Shown one piece after another: positions 1-8,405 of a DNA stretch of 64,000 bases; the first letter of the stretch is position 1; each line of letters begins with the position of its first letter. The notes below the pieces were generated by a model that was not told the DNA's origin, did not search any database, and saw nothing but the letters and a program-made list of their open reading frames with translations. Made by a program: the position numbers and the translations under genes. Where the stretch lies: assembly GCA_001799635.1 (NCBI GenBank), contig MGTV01000013.1, forward strand, positions 21,467 to 85,466, in the 5' to 3' direction. The DNA is from Elusimicrobia bacterium GWA2_62_23. Its GTDB lineage: Bacteria; Elusimicrobiota; Elusimicrobia; Elusimicrobiales; UBA9959.

Positions 1-1488
1 CGGCAGATTATCAGATTTTTTTGCAATGTCCTTTCGGGTTGCAATTACAAACACAAGACTATATTTCTCGGTATCAATTGGGCCAAGATACACTCCCCCT
101 GTATTCCCATTTAACTTACCCTCGACGAGCGCTAGCATTTTCTTTTTTGATTCTGGCTCACATTTAAGCAGCTCAACAGCCACCAGGCCCTGATTGAACA
201 AATGACTTAACTGGGAAGACCTTGTGGAAATTTTCAGATGGACCAGAACACCAGCGCCCTCAGAGACCGTATACAAATCACAGGGTTCAACCTGGCTTTG
301 CCCGCTTGGACTAATATTCTCTTCATCAAGGCAAATGTATTCAGCCTTTAGCGCCGGCAGCCTTTGGTTATAGTCTCCCTCGCTACCGGAGGTCAGTTCT
401 GGCAAATCGGTGGTGAGAAAGTACGGGTCAAGATCTGCCTTCAATCTGGCAACATAGTTTTTATCTATGCAATACCAGTTACCATCACAAAGGTGGTACG
501 CCGGGCCACTATTTTCTGAGGCCACATCACAGAGCAAACACTTATATATATGGAAATCTTGTTTTGGAAGACCGGCCTCATCGCAAAGCTTAAGACGGTG
601 GGTTTTGAGCACCCTGACATCGACATCATTGAGCACGATTTGACGTTTAGCCAGATACTCATGATAATCCAGCATCGAAACATCGCTGTACATGGGAGAA
701 TTGCCTGCGCCGGAAAAAGTTGTAAACAACCCTCCATGATAATCCACAATTTCCGGTATCGTTAGACTTACATCTGAACTTTTCGCGCGGAAAGCGGCAA
801 TCAACTTTGAATTTAGCAAGTCTATCAATATGGGATCACGAACAGGCTCTATATCCCGGATGTTAGGAAATACTGTTTTATAATCTTCCCTTCCATATAG
901 TTCCAAGAGATGTTCACAACGCTCGGTCAAATCAGACGGGGTCATATCGGAATTGATATGAAGGCTACTTGATCCTGTAGCACTCTTAAAATATCGCGCG
1001 TACTCTTCTTTAACCTTCCCAGTTAGTTTCCGAAGAACTGACGCGTCCTTATCAAAATCGAAGTACGTCAGATCAGCATCCACTGGCATCTGTGTTCTTT
1101 GCCTTTTTGAAGTACCGGGATCAACCGTATCTGTACTGCGCAGTTTCGGATCTACGCAGTTCAGAGTCACTTTTAACCCAAAATCATATTCGTATGCGTC
1201 ATCCTTAAGGCTGTGGAACACATGTCCGAAAGTCAGCGCGAACCAGCGGCCACCTGCCGGCAAAAAGCATATTGCGCCTTTCCCGCCCTGAATTAAATCC
1301 TTGGAAATTCCAAAGTATCGTTTCCACCAGGGGGGCTGTGGTACCGCATCCAGGATATAAAGCTTTGCGTCTTGAGGGAGATTTGTCACATCTGCAATGG
1401 CTTCCAGGGCATGGCCGTCCTTTAATGAATTTGAGAAGTCATAGCGGTCTTTTAGCAAAAATATTGAAAAATTTCGGCTTTTACCCAT
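1..1488 (-). CDS. TIGR04141/DUF6119-like 'sporadically distributed' protein, 3'-truncated by the window edge (first 496 codons present)
   Basis: Missing from the ORF track because it has no stop inside the window. I checked every plus-strand triplet in phase 1 from nt 1 to 1488 and found no TTA/CTA/TCA. The ATG (cat) is at 1486-1488 and an in-frame stop (tta) lies at 1495-1497. The translation starts MGKSRNFSIFLLKDRYDF and contains WFALTFGHVFH, YHLCDGNWYCIDKNY and EPCDLYTVSEGAGVLVHLKISTRSSQLSHLFNQG. The family call comes from a remembered motif pattern, not a search. GC is much lower than in the rest of the window. Confidence 0.55.
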   Translation of the reverse strand, partial: MGKSRNFSIFLLKDRYDFSNSLKDGHALEAIADVTNLPQDAKLYILDAVPQPPWWKRYFGISKDLIQGGKGAICFLPAGGRWFALTFGHVFHSLKDDAYEYDFGLKVTLNCVDPKLRSTDTVDPGTSKRQRTQMPVDADLTYFDFDKDASVLRKLTGKVKEEYARYFKSATGSSSLHINSDMTPSDLTERCEHLLELYGREDYKTVFPNIRDIEPVRDPILIDLLNSKLIAAFRAKSSDVSLTIPEIVDYHGGLFTTFSGAGNSPMYSDVSMLDYHEYLAKRQIVLNDVDVRVLKTHRLKLCDEAGLPKQDFHIYKCLLCDVASENSGPAYHLCDGNWYCIDKNYVARLKADLDPYFLTTDLPELTSGSEGDYNQRLPALKAEYICLDEENISPSGQSQVEPCDLYTVSEGAGVLVHLKISTRSSQLSHLFNQGLVAVELLKCEPESKKKMLALVEGKLNGNTGGVYLGPIDTEKYSLVFVIATRKDIAKKSDNLP

Positions 1489-1650
1489 GCGCAGTTACCT
1501 CTTTACATAAGCACACACAATCCGAGTTATTCTCGCGCACTAGGAATTGTGGGGCAGGAGCCTGCTCCACCCTCGGTTTGGCGGCATAGCGCTTGGCCCT
1601 CTGCCCGTTGCACGGAGAATCCTGCAAATCCAGAATGCCAGAGCACCTCA

Positions 1651-2001
1651 TCATTTATACTCCGTGTACTTGGTGATGCGGCCTTTGGATTTGGAGACGG
1701 GGTATTTCTGGGCGTTCTTCTTTAGTTTGGCGGCCAGGGCGGCGGGGATGTCTATTTTAAGGTCGTGGCCCAGCAGCAGCACCCAGTACAGCACATCGGC
1801 CAGTTCGTCGGAGATGTCTTCTTTGCGGGCTTTAATGTGGGCCTTTACTTCGGCCGGGGTCTTCCACTGGAAGTGTTCCAGCAGTTCGGCGGCTTCCAGG
1901 GTGAGGGAGATGGCTACGTCTTTGGGGTTGTGGAACTGCGCCCAATCGCGCGCGTCGCGGAAACGGACTATCTTGCCGGTTAAGGTTTTAATGTTGGCCA
2001 T
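1651..2001 (-). CDS. MazG-like nucleotide pyrophosphohydrolase (small all-alpha NTP-PPase)
   Basis: 116 aa. FRDARDWAQFHNPKDVAISLTLEAAELLEHFQWK and ISDELADVLYWVLLLGHDLKIDI form the acidic helix pair typical of small MazG-family proteins. GC is host-like. Confidence 0.8.
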   Translation of the reverse strand: MANIKTLTGKIVRFRDARDWAQFHNPKDVAISLTLEAAELLEHFQWKTPAEVKAHIKARKEDISDELADVLYWVLLLGHDLKIDIPAALAAKLKKNAQKYPVSKSKGRITKYTEYK

Positions 2002-2163
2002 GTTGTTGTATTGATGTCTATATGTATCTTATGAGACAAAGCGCGGGTTGTCAAATTCGCGCGCGTCAGTTTTTTAGGGAGATATCGTCGGGCGGGGCAA
2101 TGCTGAATCGGTGTTGAGTTAGGCCCGCCGGCAGCCGCTACGCAAAAGTGATAAAATTGGAAC

Positions 2164-3798
2164 GTGGCTCACGACGAAGATCTGGAACAGGGGTTACGCA
2201 ACCTGGAAGAGATATTGCAGCGCCTGGACAACCGGGTGAAGGACGCGCAATGGGTGAAAGAGAACGCCCCGCCGGAAGCGCCCGCCCGCATTAAAGAAGC
2301 CATAATAGAGAATTTCCCGCAGCCCAAGGCCGTTGCGCCGCCGGCGGAGCCGCCTGCACCCGAGCCGGCACCAGAACCGACACCTGCGGCCGAAGCAACA
2401 CCAGCACCCGAGCCAGCGCCAGCGCCTGCCACTGCGCCCGCAACTGCGATGCTGCCCGCTTATGCGCCGCTTCCCCAGCCTGTGCTGCCGCCGGTAGAGA
2501 TACCCCCGCTGGTAGCCGCGCCAAAACCGGCGCCGGAACCTGAACCAGCCCCCATGCCAAAGCTGGTGTCGCCGCCTGCCATGCCGGAGATAAAAGATCT
2601 GCCGGTATTTCTGCAGCAGCCAGGGCCGGGGCCGGAGCCCAAGCCGGCCTTGCTTGAACCGGCCCCGGAGCCAACCCCAACACCCGCGCCCAAGCCGGCA
2701 CGCAAGCCCTTCGCCATAAATAAGACTGCCGTTATAATTCTTTGCGCCGTGCTGGCCTCGGCGGGCGTGGCGTACCAGTTGTTCATTAACAGCGCGGCGC
2801 AGCGCTACAAGCAGGCCGGCCGGCTGGTGGAAAAGGCGCGCAACACGGAAGCCATAAGCGCCTACTCGCGCATAATCACCCGGTATCCCCGCTCCATAGA
2901 GGCGGCCTACAGCCACTACGGCATAGGCGACATAAAGGCCCTGCAGGGGGACAGCCAGGGCGCCATAGCCAGTTACGAAGATTATATGGTGGCGGCGCCG
3001 GACAAGGATCCCAAGCTGGCTTCGGCGCGGTTCAAGGTGGCCGAGCTGCATTTCAAGGAAGACCGCCTGGCCGACGCGGATTACCTTTACCAGAACCCGG
3101 TGGTGCGCGAGTCGGACCTGGCCGGGCGGGCGGAGGAGCGGGTAAAAGAGATAGCGGCCATAAACGTGCGGCTGGCCGAAGCTAAAAAGCTTATTGCCAA
3201 ATCGCCCAATAAGGCAGTGGAGGCCTATAGCGCCGTGGTGGCCGAACGCCCAAAATACGCGGCGGCCTTGGCCGGGCTGGAAGAAGCGCGCGCGGCGCTG
3301 GCCGCCTACAACGGCCGCCCCGTGGCAAAGCGCCCGGCGGCAACAAAGCCGCCCAAGCCTGCTCCCGCGCTCACCAAGAGCGCCCTCAAGGCCGCGCTGA
3401 CCAAGGCGGAACCCCCCGCGCCCAAGCCGGTTCAGAAGGCGGCGCCAAAACCCGCCGCCGAACAGAAGCCGGCCGCGGCCCCTTCGCCCAAAGCCCAGTT
3501 CGAAACCTGCAGCGCTATCTGGGACGCCGAGAAGGCGCAGGCCCAGCTGAGCGCCGACCAGATCTTCACCAAGATGAAGCTGGGCTGCGACGACCTGAAG
3601 CAGCGCCTGGACGCCTGCCGGGAAGCCCGCGAGGACGTGATGGCCCTGCAGGGCGTGCCGCCCGAGGCGCGCATGGCCATGGAGCTGGAAATTGACCCAG
3701 ACTGGACCCTGGCCAAGCAGCTGGAGCAGGACAAGAAGATAATGCAGCGCTACGAAGACCGCCGCTGCGCGGAACTCCTCAAGACTTTCCCTATTTAA
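2164..3798 (+). CDS. Pro/Ala-rich membrane-anchored protein with a TPR-like (YbgF-like) segment and a Cys-containing C-terminal domain
   Basis: 544 aa with a GTG start. It has long PAPEP-type low-complexity stretches, one TM helix (AVIILCAVLASAGVAYQLFI) and a TPR-like stretch (AISAYSRIITRYPRSIEAAYSHYGIGDIKALQGDSQGAIASYEDY). Four Cys lie in the last 100 aa. A terminator follows the stop. Confidence 0.6.
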   Translation: MAHDEDLEQGLRNLEEILQRLDNRVKDAQWVKENAPPEAPARIKEAIIENFPQPKAVAPPAEPPAPEPAPEPTPAAEATPAPEPAPAPATAPATAMLPAYAPLPQPVLPPVEIPPLVAAPKPAPEPEPAPMPKLVSPPAMPEIKDLPVFLQQPGPGPEPKPALLEPAPEPTPTPAPKPARKPFAINKTAVIILCAVLASAGVAYQLFINSAAQRYKQAGRLVEKARNTEAISAYSRIITRYPRSIEAAYSHYGIGDIKALQGDSQGAIASYEDYMVAAPDKDPKLASARFKVAELHFKEDRLADADYLYQNPVVRESDLAGRAEERVKEIAAINVRLAEAKKLIAKSPNKAVEAYSAVVAERPKYAAALAGLEEARAALAAYNGRPVAKRPAATKPPKPAPALTKSALKAALTKAEPPAPKPVQKAAPKPAAEQKPAAAPSPKAQFETCSAIWDAEKAQAQLSADQIFTKMKLGCDDLKQRLDACREAREDVMALQGVPPEARMAMELEIDPDWTLAKQLEQDKKIMQRYEDRRCAELLKTFPI

Positions 3799-3820
3799 CC
3801 CCTTCGATAGAGGCCAAAGA

Positions 3821-3850
3821 AAAACCCGGCTGTTAAGGCCGGGTTTTCAT
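3821..3850. terminator. Bidirectional intrinsic terminator between convergent genes
   Basis: aaaacccggc-tgttaag-gccgggtttt hairpin with an A-tract on one side and a T-tract on the other. Confidence 0.75.
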
Positions 3851-3868
3851 TTCTGCGGCGCGGCAGCG

Positions 3869-5548
3869 TTACAGCTGGTCGAACATGTAGCGGCGGGTGA
3901 GGAAGCTTAAGGGGTTGGGGGCCACGCCCAGCTGGGCGGCGCCGGTTACGCGGGTGGCGGAGCGCAGGTCGTTCTGGAAAGTGGCCTCCATTTTGGAGGT
4001 GAACTGGCGGTCCAGCACGTGCAGGTTCACTTCGCGCTCGTGGCGGATGCTCTTGGGGTGGAAGTTGTAGGACCCCACCGTGGCGAACACGCCGTCCACC
4101 GTGAGGAACTTGCTGTGCAGGGTTTCGCCGTTCTTCACGTACACGTTGGCGCCGGCTTCGGCCATTTCGGCGAGGCTTTCCATTATGGGGGCGGTGAGGA
4201 TGGGCTCGTTGTTGCTCTGGGCGGAGTTGCTGAGGATGGTCACCTGCACGCCGCGGGAGATGGCTTCGGTAAGGGCTGTCTTGAGCGACGGGATGAGCAC
4301 GAAGTAGGCGTTCTCTATGTTTATGCTCGAGGTGGCGCCGTAGATGGCCTTGAGGATGGAGAGGTAGATGGCGGGCTCCTGGCCGCCGCGCTGGTACACC
4401 AGGGCGGCCTGCACGTTGCCGGCGCTGGCGGCGGGGGCGCCCACGTACATGAGCGAGTGCCCCTGGCTGCGGGCCACCAGGTTCCAGGTATAGCCGAAGA
4501 TGTTATACGCGTCGGCGGCGGAAGGGCCGGAGAAGAGCACGTCCGTGTCGCGCCATTTGTGGGCGGAGGGGTTCATATGCGAGTACTTGTCGCCAATGTT
4601 CATGCCGCCGGCTATGGCGTGCTCGCCGTCCACTATGAGCAGCTTGGAGTGCATGCCGTCGTAGGGGCGGGCCTGGTCGGTGAAGCGGCCCACGGGCACG
4701 CCGGCGTCTTCCAGGATCTTGAGGGATTCCATGCCGAGGAAATTGGAGATGTTGCCGTCCACCATCACCTTAACGTCCAGGCCTTCTTTCTTCTTGGCTA
4801 TGAGCAGGTCGCGGGTGGCCTTGCCGGTGACGTCGTCGTAGTAGCCCCAGGTCATGAGCATTATGCTCTTCTTGGCCTCGCGCATGAGTTTTTCGCGCAT
4901 GCCGAAGGAGGCGGGGCCGTCTATGAGCGGGGTCACGGCGTGGCCGGCTTTAAATTTGGTGCCGCACATGGCTTCTACTTCGGCCAGGTAGCCGGAGTTG
5001 CTCATGAGCGACGGGGCCTTGGCGGTGGCCTTATAGCGCGAGGACTTCATTATGGCGGTGTGGCGCTCGCTCATTTTGTCCCAGCCCTCGGCGCCGGGCT
5101 TGCCGGGCACTTCGCCGGAGTTCTCCAGCTGGGCGGCTATCATGCGGGGAAATTTCTTTATGTAGTCTTCGCGCTTGTTGGGCGGCAGCGGCGGCAGGAA
5201 CTTCTGCACCAGGGGGTTGCGCAGCATCATTTCCAGGGCGGGCACCAGCATGCCCTTGGCGTGGGCGTGGGCCAGCAGCTGTATCACGCGGTGCTCCACC
5301 TTCTCCATGGTCTTGGGGTGGTCGTTAATGAGCTGGGCGAGTTCGTCCGAGATCTTCTTGGGGTTGTTGTACTCCGGGCCCAGGGGCGTCTGAACGGGGT
5401 TGGCTTTGGGCAGGGCGGCGTCCAGCCGGGCGGCTTCTTCCGCGCTTACGGGGGCCATGCCGAAGCTGGAACGCAGGGTGTTTACGTCTTCAAGCTGAGC
5501 GGCGGCCGGGGCCGCGAAGATAATAAGGGCTAAAAGGATCTTTATCAT
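3869..5548 (-). CDS. Phospholipase D / cardiolipin-synthase-like protein with two HKD motifs, secreted or membrane-anchored
   Basis: HSKLLIVDGEHAIAGGMNIGDKY and LHSKFLTVDGVFATVGSYNF are two HxK(x4)D motifs. I prefer the ATG at 5548 (MIKILLALIIFAAPAAAQ signal-like N-terminus) over the track start at 5599, because 5597-5623 is occupied by the upstream gene's terminator. Confidence 0.85.
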   Translation of the reverse strand: MIKILLALIIFAAPAAAQLEDVNTLRSSFGMAPVSAEEAARLDAALPKANPVQTPLGPEYNNPKKISDELAQLINDHPKTMEKVEHRVIQLLAHAHAKGMLVPALEMMLRNPLVQKFLPPLPPNKREDYIKKFPRMIAAQLENSGEVPGKPGAEGWDKMSERHTAIMKSSRYKATAKAPSLMSNSGYLAEVEAMCGTKFKAGHAVTPLIDGPASFGMREKLMREAKKSIMLMTWGYYDDVTGKATRDLLIAKKKEGLDVKVMVDGNISNFLGMESLKILEDAGVPVGRFTDQARPYDGMHSKLLIVDGEHAIAGGMNIGDKYSHMNPSAHKWRDTDVLFSGPSAADAYNIFGYTWNLVARSQGHSLMYVGAPAASAGNVQAALVYQRGGQEPAIYLSILKAIYGATSSINIENAYFVLIPSLKTALTEAISRGVQVTILSNSAQSNNEPILTAPIMESLAEMAEAGANVYVKNGETLHSKFLTVDGVFATVGSYNFHPKSIRHEREVNLHVLDRQFTSKMEATFQNDLRSATRVTGAAQLGVAPNPLSFLTRRYMFDQL

Positions 5549-5596
5549 AAGTAAATGATACGAATGATAGCGAAACCCAAATAGAGGCAAAAGGCC

Positions 5597-5623
5597 CAAA
5601 AAAACGGGGGCATTTGCCCCCGT
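5597..5623 (-). terminator. Intrinsic terminator of the 5'-nucleotidase gene
   Basis: On the minus strand: acgggggc-aaat-gcccccgt followed by ttttttt. Confidence 0.8.
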
Positions 5624-5647
5624 CTTGCTTGGGCCCTATGGGACAGG

Positions 5648-7195
5648 CTACCTGAGTCTTTTGATGCGGCCGGCGGCGGGGGCGCTCACGGGGCCGGCGC
5701 CGAAGGCTTTTATGAACAGCTCGCGCGCGGGCAGCATGGTGTCTTTGCGGTCCAGGCCGCCGTCTAAGGCTTCGCCGTTGTTCCCCCCGCCGGCGAGGTA
5801 GCTGTTGGTGGCCACGGTAAAAACTTCCTTATCCTTTATCTCGCGGCCGCCGTGCTTTACGCTAAGGTAGGCGGGGCGGTCGCCGGGGCCGGGGCGGTAG
5901 GCCACTTCAACGCCGGCCACCTGGATGGCGGACCAGCTGTTGCGCAGGTTGTCCATGAGCAGGCGGCGCACCTGCGCGCCTGTGAGCCGCATGGTGACTA
6001 TGGTGTTGTCGAAGGGCATCACCTGGTACAGGTCGCGCAGGCGCACTGTTCCTTTTTTTAGCTGCGCGCGCAGGGCCTTGGTATTGTGGAAGGCCAAATC
6101 CGTGCCGGCGGCCTGCACGGTGAGGTCGCAGAACAGGTTGCCCAGGCCGGAGTCCAGGCCTTCGGCCGAAAATTCCAGGTCGGTGGCGGCTTCGCCCACG
6201 GCCTGGCCCATTTCGCGCTCCACGTCGGCGCTGAAGCCGGCCACCGGCTTGAGCACGGCCGGGGCTTCGCCCGTCACGTCTATCCACAGCGGCACCAGCC
6301 GCACTTCCACGCTCTCCAGCTTGCCGGTGGCATCGTTGAAGGTAAGCAGGGCGCGGGTGACGTAGGAAAGGCCGTAATTGCTTTCGCCGAACCAGGTACC
6401 GCTTACCGGGTCGCGCCAGCCTTTGAGCAGGCCGGTGTGGTTATGCCCGCCCAGGAGCAGGTCTATGCCGGCGGCGGCGCGGGCTATGTTCAGCGAGCCG
6501 GGCGGCGGCGCGGTGAAGGTCCAGGTAGAAATGTCCACCCGCTTGAGCGACAAATTTTCGTCCAGCCCCAGGTGCGCCAGCACTATTACGGCGTCCGGCC
6601 GCTGCTGCTTTATCTCCGGCAGCAGGGCGGCGGCGGTGGCGGCTTCGGGGCGGAAATCCAGGTGGTTCACGTGGGCGGGCAGGGTATTGTTGGCGGTATG
6701 GGCGCCGGCCAGGCCCAGCACGGCTATGCGGCGGCCGTTGCGTTCGAAGATCTTATAGGGCTTGAGGTAATCGGCCTGGCGCCCGTCCTTATAGTACACG
6801 TTGGCGCCCAGCATGGTAAAAGCCGCGCTGGAGATCATGGCCCGCAGCACGGGCTCGCCGGCATCGTAGTCGTGGTTGCCGGGCACGGCGGCGGCGTAGC
6901 CCAGCTGGTTCATCAGGGTCACGCTGGCCTGGCCTTTGGTGAGGATGCCTTCGGGCGTGCCCTGCCACATGTCGCCGGCGTCCAGCAGCAGGTAGGGCGT
7001 GGTGTCTTTGGCGAGCAGGGCGGCCAGCGCGGCGAAGCCGCCAATAGTGCGGGTGGAATTTTCTTTATCCCACAGGGCGGGGCGGGCCGAGTACCAGCCG
7101 TGCGCGTCGCTGGTGTGGTACACCGCCACCGAGGCGGCCGCGGCGTTAAGCGCGAACAGTAAAGGGAGCAGGAGGGCGGAGAATATTTTCATCAC
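5648..7195 (-). CDS. Bifunctional metallophosphatase/5'-nucleotidase (UshA-like), secreted
   Basis: Signal peptide MMKIFSALLLPLLFALNAAAA. Calcineurin-like motifs YHTSDAHG, DAGDMWQGT, GNHDYD, LAHLG and GGHNH, plus a C-terminal 5'-nucleotidase-like domain. Confidence 0.85.
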   Translation of the reverse strand: MMKIFSALLLPLLFALNAAAASVAVYHTSDAHGWYSARPALWDKENSTRTIGGFAALAALLAKDTTPYLLLDAGDMWQGTPEGILTKGQASVTLMNQLGYAAAVPGNHDYDAGEPVLRAMISSAAFTMLGANVYYKDGRQADYLKPYKIFERNGRRIAVLGLAGAHTANNTLPAHVNHLDFRPEAATAAALLPEIKQQRPDAVIVLAHLGLDENLSLKRVDISTWTFTAPPPGSLNIARAAAGIDLLLGGHNHTGLLKGWRDPVSGTWFGESNYGLSYVTRALLTFNDATGKLESVEVRLVPLWIDVTGEAPAVLKPVAGFSADVEREMGQAVGEAATDLEFSAEGLDSGLGNLFCDLTVQAAGTDLAFHNTKALRAQLKKGTVRLRDLYQVMPFDNTIVTMRLTGAQVRRLLMDNLRNSWSAIQVAGVEVAYRPGPGDRPAYLSVKHGGREIKDKEVFTVATNSYLAGGGNNGEALDGGLDRKDTMLPARELFIKAFGAGPVSAPAAGRIKRLR

Positions 7196-7307
7196 GCCTA
7201 TATTGTAGAAAAGCCCGGGCCGGCCGCGACAGCACGTTGTCGCGGAGGCCTTCTATACTATAGGTGCGGCGGCGGCAAATAAAAAATATAATAAGGGCGG
7301 AGGAAAA

Positions 7308-8405
7308 GTGGCAAAGATAATACACGCGGCGGACCTGCACCTGGAGGACGGCGAACAGCTGCCCTACTGCTACGGCGTGCTGGACGAAATAATAGCCCTC
7401 TGCCAGGCCGAAAAGCCCGACGCGCTGGTGCTGGCCGGCGACATGTTCGATTCCTTCGCCGATTTCGAGGCGCTGCGCTCCGAGTTCTGCGCGCGCTTCG
7501 CGCCGCTGGCGGCCGCCGGCTGCAAAATAATTTATATCCCGGGCAACCACGAGGGCCGCGGCGCTTCCGTGGACCTTACCGCCTACAATATGGACCCGCT
7601 GGTTTTCGCGGCGGCGCGGCCTTTCACGCTTATAGAGGCGGGCGAACTGGAATTCCTCTGCATTCCACACGCCGCCTCCTACGAGGATTACCGCGACTGG
7701 AACGTGCCGGCCAAGAAGCAGGGCGTTACCCGCGTGGCCGTGGCGCACGCCCTTAACTCCACAATTTACACCGGGCCCGACGAAGAGACCGACGCGCAGG
7801 CCGGCGTAATGGACGACGACATTTTCTCACGGTTCCAGGTGGATTACGCGGCGCTGGGCCACGTGCACGCCGGGCGCCAGCAGGCGCTGGGCGGGGCCGT
7901 GGCCTGCTACCCGGGCTCGGCGCGGGTGTGGCGGGCGCACGCGCGCGAAGCCGGCCCCAGGCGCGTCTGCGTGGTGCGCACCGGCAGCCAGCTGGACGTT
8001 CATACGCTCGAACTTAAGAACGCCGGCCTTTATAAGGAATACCGCCTGCCGCTGGACCTGCAAGGCGCCATGGACCAGGGCGCGGGCGAGCGCGTAGCCG
8101 CCGCGGCCGGCCGGCAGGACCTGCTTAAAGTTATACTCGCCGGCGTGGTGGAGGACGAGAACGCCGCCAAGGCCACAGCCGAGGCGCTGCGGGAGAAACT
8201 CGGTTCCGTGGCCCGCCGGGCCGAAGTGCGCCTGGAGACCGTGGTGGCCGCGGACCTGTCTTCGCACACGCTCACCAAAGCTTTTCTGGAAGAGCTGGAC
8301 AAGCTGGAACCGGAGGACGCGCAGGGCGCGGACTACCGGCGCTGGCTGCTGGCGCGGCAGTACGGGCTGGAGGCGCTGGCCGAGCGCCTGACGGAGGCCA
8401 AATGA
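7308..8405 (+). CDS. SbcD/YhaO-like DNA-repair exonuclease (metallophosphoesterase)
   Basis: IIHAADLHL, LVLAGDMFDS, IPGNHEG and LGHVH motifs. Its stop overlaps the start of the ATPase gene (8402/8405). Confidence 0.8.
   Translation: MAKIIHAADLHLEDGEQLPYCYGVLDEIIALCQAEKPDALVLAGDMFDSFADFEALRSEFCARFAPLAAAGCKIIYIPGNHEGRGASVDLTAYNMDPLVFAAARPFTLIEAGELEFLCIPHAASYEDYRDWNVPAKKQGVTRVAVAHALNSTIYTGPDEETDAQAGVMDDDIFSRFQVDYAALGHVHAGRQQALGGAVACYPGSARVWRAHAREAGPRRVCVVRTGSQLDVHTLELKNAGLYKEYRLPLDLQGAMDQGAGERVAAAAGRQDLLKVILAGVVEDENAAKATAEALREKLGSVARRAEVRLETVVAADLSSHTLTKAFLEELDKLEPEDAQGADYRRWLLARQYGLEALAERLTEAK

Noticed and set aside
1489-1650. Possible tRNA or att site at the GC-content boundary, and a gcaggagcctgc hairpin after the MazG-like gene
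   Set aside because: I could find no cloverleaf or T-loop (GTTCRANYC) signature. The hairpin lacks a T-tract, so I make no terminator or att call.
2290-2710. Repetitive PAPEP-type DNA that could be mistaken for a tandem repeat or array
   Set aside because: It is in-frame low-complexity coding sequence of the 544-aa protein. The units are irregular and there is no spacer-repeat periodicity.
4019-5533. 504-aa plus-strand ORF, plus the similar 6086..7162 (+), 8924..10069 (-) and 8333..8863 (-)
   Set aside because: They lie antisense to genes with clear family motifs (PLD, 5'-nucleotidase, YhaN-like). The translations are Gly/His/Val/Ala/Arg-rich with no motifs, which is typical of high-GC shadow frames.
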